A stretch of 64,000 nucleotides of DNA, taken from the NCBI GenBank assembly GCA_051362555.1, contig CM120640.1, positions 10,168,001 through 10,232,000 on the forward strand. Reading direction: 5' to 3'. Below the pieces are notes generated by a model. That model ran no database searches and was not told the origin of the DNA. It was given only the letters and a program-made list of their open reading frames with translations. This document shows, one piece after another, positions 61,650 to 64,000 of the stretch (the stretch's first letter is position 1; every line of letters starts with the position of its first letter). The stretch comes from Lingula anatina. Lineage: Eukaryota > Animalia > Brachiopoda. Made by a program: the position numbers and the translations under genes.

Positions 61650-64000
61650 TACTATAGGTGAGCGGCAAAACCCCAAAAAGTGCTTTATTTAAGGAGTTTA
61701 GTGTCCCCTTTATACACAGACCTGAATTATATATCATTTGAAAGCTCAGAGTCTGCTGGTCAAAGTTAGCCATGATGTGGAAATGGCAATTGCCTGCGTA
61801 ACCATGGAAACGGACAATTTCCAAGATGGCCGCCTGTTTTTTTGCATTTTTTCTAAAAATACAAATCATTGATAAACATACCTAAAACATTGTCTATCAT
61901 CCAACCTTTACATGTTTTGTGATGAGGGAGGTTATGGGCTAAAAAAAACACCATAGCAAGATTTCAAGATGGCCGCCGTTTTCAAGATGGCCGCCATTGT
62001 TTATGAAAAATTGGTCAAATTTTCTCATTTTATTCCAAATCTTTCCATATAGAATCAAAACTGTGGTGTCCACAAAATAGTTATTGCATGAATTATACAA
62101 AGTAGGTATATTTTCATTTAGTTATGGCATTTGGTTAAATTTGGGGGATGGTAAAGCAGTCAATTTTCAAATATTCAACATGGCCACCATGAAATGCCTA
62201 TTTCCATGAGGTAGCCTTTTGTGCACTTAAATAATCAAAAAAATTATTTTTATTACCAAGCTCAAAACATATTTTTGCTAGATGCTAGATTTTACATGAT
62301 GCTTCATACAACTTCTTCAAAATGGCCACCATTTTCAAGATGGCCACCGTTTTCAAGATGGCTACCATCATTTGTGAAAAGTGTTTGAATTTGCTCATTT
62401 TATTCCAAATCTTTACATATAAAATCAAAACCATAATGTCCATATGACTATTATGGAATGAATTATACAAAGCAGTTATTAATTTATTACATTATGGCAT
62501 TTGGTTTAACTTCAGTGATATTTTAGCAGACATTTCTTAAATATTCAAAATGACTCACTGCCATGAAATGCAAATTTGTGTAACTTGGGATTTGATTCAG
62601 CTAAATCATCAAATAAATAATTTTTGTGTCCAAGCTCTCATACATATTTGTGCTAGATGCTACTTGATGCTTAATACATCTTCAAGATGGCCACCATTTT
62701 CAAGATGGCCGCCAAATGGAGTTTTTTTCTCAAAATTGTATTACGCACATCTAAAGGATAAAATTATTCGCAAAGCATTACTACATATATGGTTGTAAAA
62801 GAAAAATAATTGTAGGATATGTGCTATTACTGCAACTTTTCACTTGTAATAAATAATTTTTGGATTTTCCAATATTTATATGTACTAACACATGTTAAGT
62901 CAAGTCAAAGTTAATACTGTATTTCTTGTTGTGAACCTTTGTGTGCGATTGTCACAGTAAAAAGAAATCCCATAGTTTGGAAATATGTAGACAATTTAAA
63001 AAAATAATTTATTTGTTTTGATCTATAAAATTTAATGTATTTACCATTACCAAAATGTCTGTCATATTAAAACAGGAACCTATCTTTATTTGAAGTGCAT
63101 CAGTCCATATAACCCACTGCAAATCCATGATGCATTTCTGCGGTCTACATTTATCAAGTTGACTTCTCAGTAAAGAAAGGAGCACATAAATACACTATTT
63201 TGCCGCTTCAATTATCTTCAAAATTTTACCTCAGTACATTTCTAAGTACCCATACTCTCATATATCCCTTAAAATGCTTGTGCCTGCATGCATTATCTAC
63301 TCACACACACCCACGAACCCATATACATGCTAAACCCTTAACGTGTTCTTTGTATCTACATTAGTGACCTGTCACTCATGCTCTTTCATCAAAATCATAA
63401 TCAATTTCAATACATGTCCCCAGAGAATATGGATTCTGACATATCTAGTAGGTACACTGGGTCCTTTAAGCATAGTTTGTCGGAAACAATTTGGGCAACA
63501 TTGCCCTTACTGACACAAGCTGCATCTCCCGGTAACCAGTGCACCCTGTTCTAACAAAGTTTAAAAGAAGAGCTTGAAGGAGGCAGTCCCAAAACTGAAA
63601 TGTAGGAAATTCCCCTCATCCCCAGGCCTGGAAATCTGAGAAATTTGGCAGCAGATCCTCAGACATACTCTCAGATACATGTTGGTCACCCATAAAACCC
63701 ACAGCACAAGACTTGTAAAACTCCTACACATTTGACACCTCAAACCACACCAACTGTGAAACTTCGCTATTCTTTCTTTGGTACCAAAATAAAAAGCTGA
63801 CAATCTGAGAGATATCAAAGCTTTAAATGCCAAAGTAAGCCCTCTTATTGCCATGTTGAATTGTTTTCCACACAACCCTCTGCGCTGAAGTGGATGCTGC
63901 ATAAACATCAGACTCTACAATGGCCACCAATGGCCAACAAATCTGCAACGGCCCAAATTTTCCCAATAGAAGCAATGAAGCATGACAGTGTATGGGAACC
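61650..64000 (-). mobile_element. Decayed DNA transposon: subterminal tandem repeats plus frameshifted transposase remnant (CMC/EnSpm-Chapaev-like suspected)
   Basis: Repeats of about 360 bp with clustered CAAGATGGCC(G/A)CC at 61820-62715; broken minus-strand peptides GSHTLSCFIASIGKIW, VESDVYAAST, LCGKQFNMAIRGLTLAFKAL, VRAMLP..TNYA, PVYLLDMSE at 63430-64000. Confidence 0.65.

Overview
AT-rich invertebrate animal genomic DNA with spliceosomal GT-AG introns; a mollusc or other lophotrochozoan is inferred from repeat types and gene-body CpG depletion. Three multi-exon genes were rebuilt by hand with phase-consistent splice junctions: (1) a minus-strand F-box/leucine-rich-repeat protein (7 exons, 3599-12171, 521 aa); (2) head-to-head with it, a plus-strand ZIP13/SLC39A13 metal transporter (8 exons, 12574-31671, 434 aa); (3) convergent with ZIP13, a minus-strand SLP-76/BLNK-like adaptor (acidic YxxP motifs, proline-rich region, C-terminal SH2; 37218 to about 60130, start not found) with at least two internal alternative first exons and several microexons. 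The window probably begins with the 3' end of a fourth gene. Introns hold MITEs, Helentron-type (HINE) elements including a 3.9-kb compound element with three tandem arrays, a tRNA-like element and microsatellites. The window ends inside a decayed DNA transposon. Most short ORFs in the supplied track look spurious. Family assignments rest on motif recognition; no database search was run.
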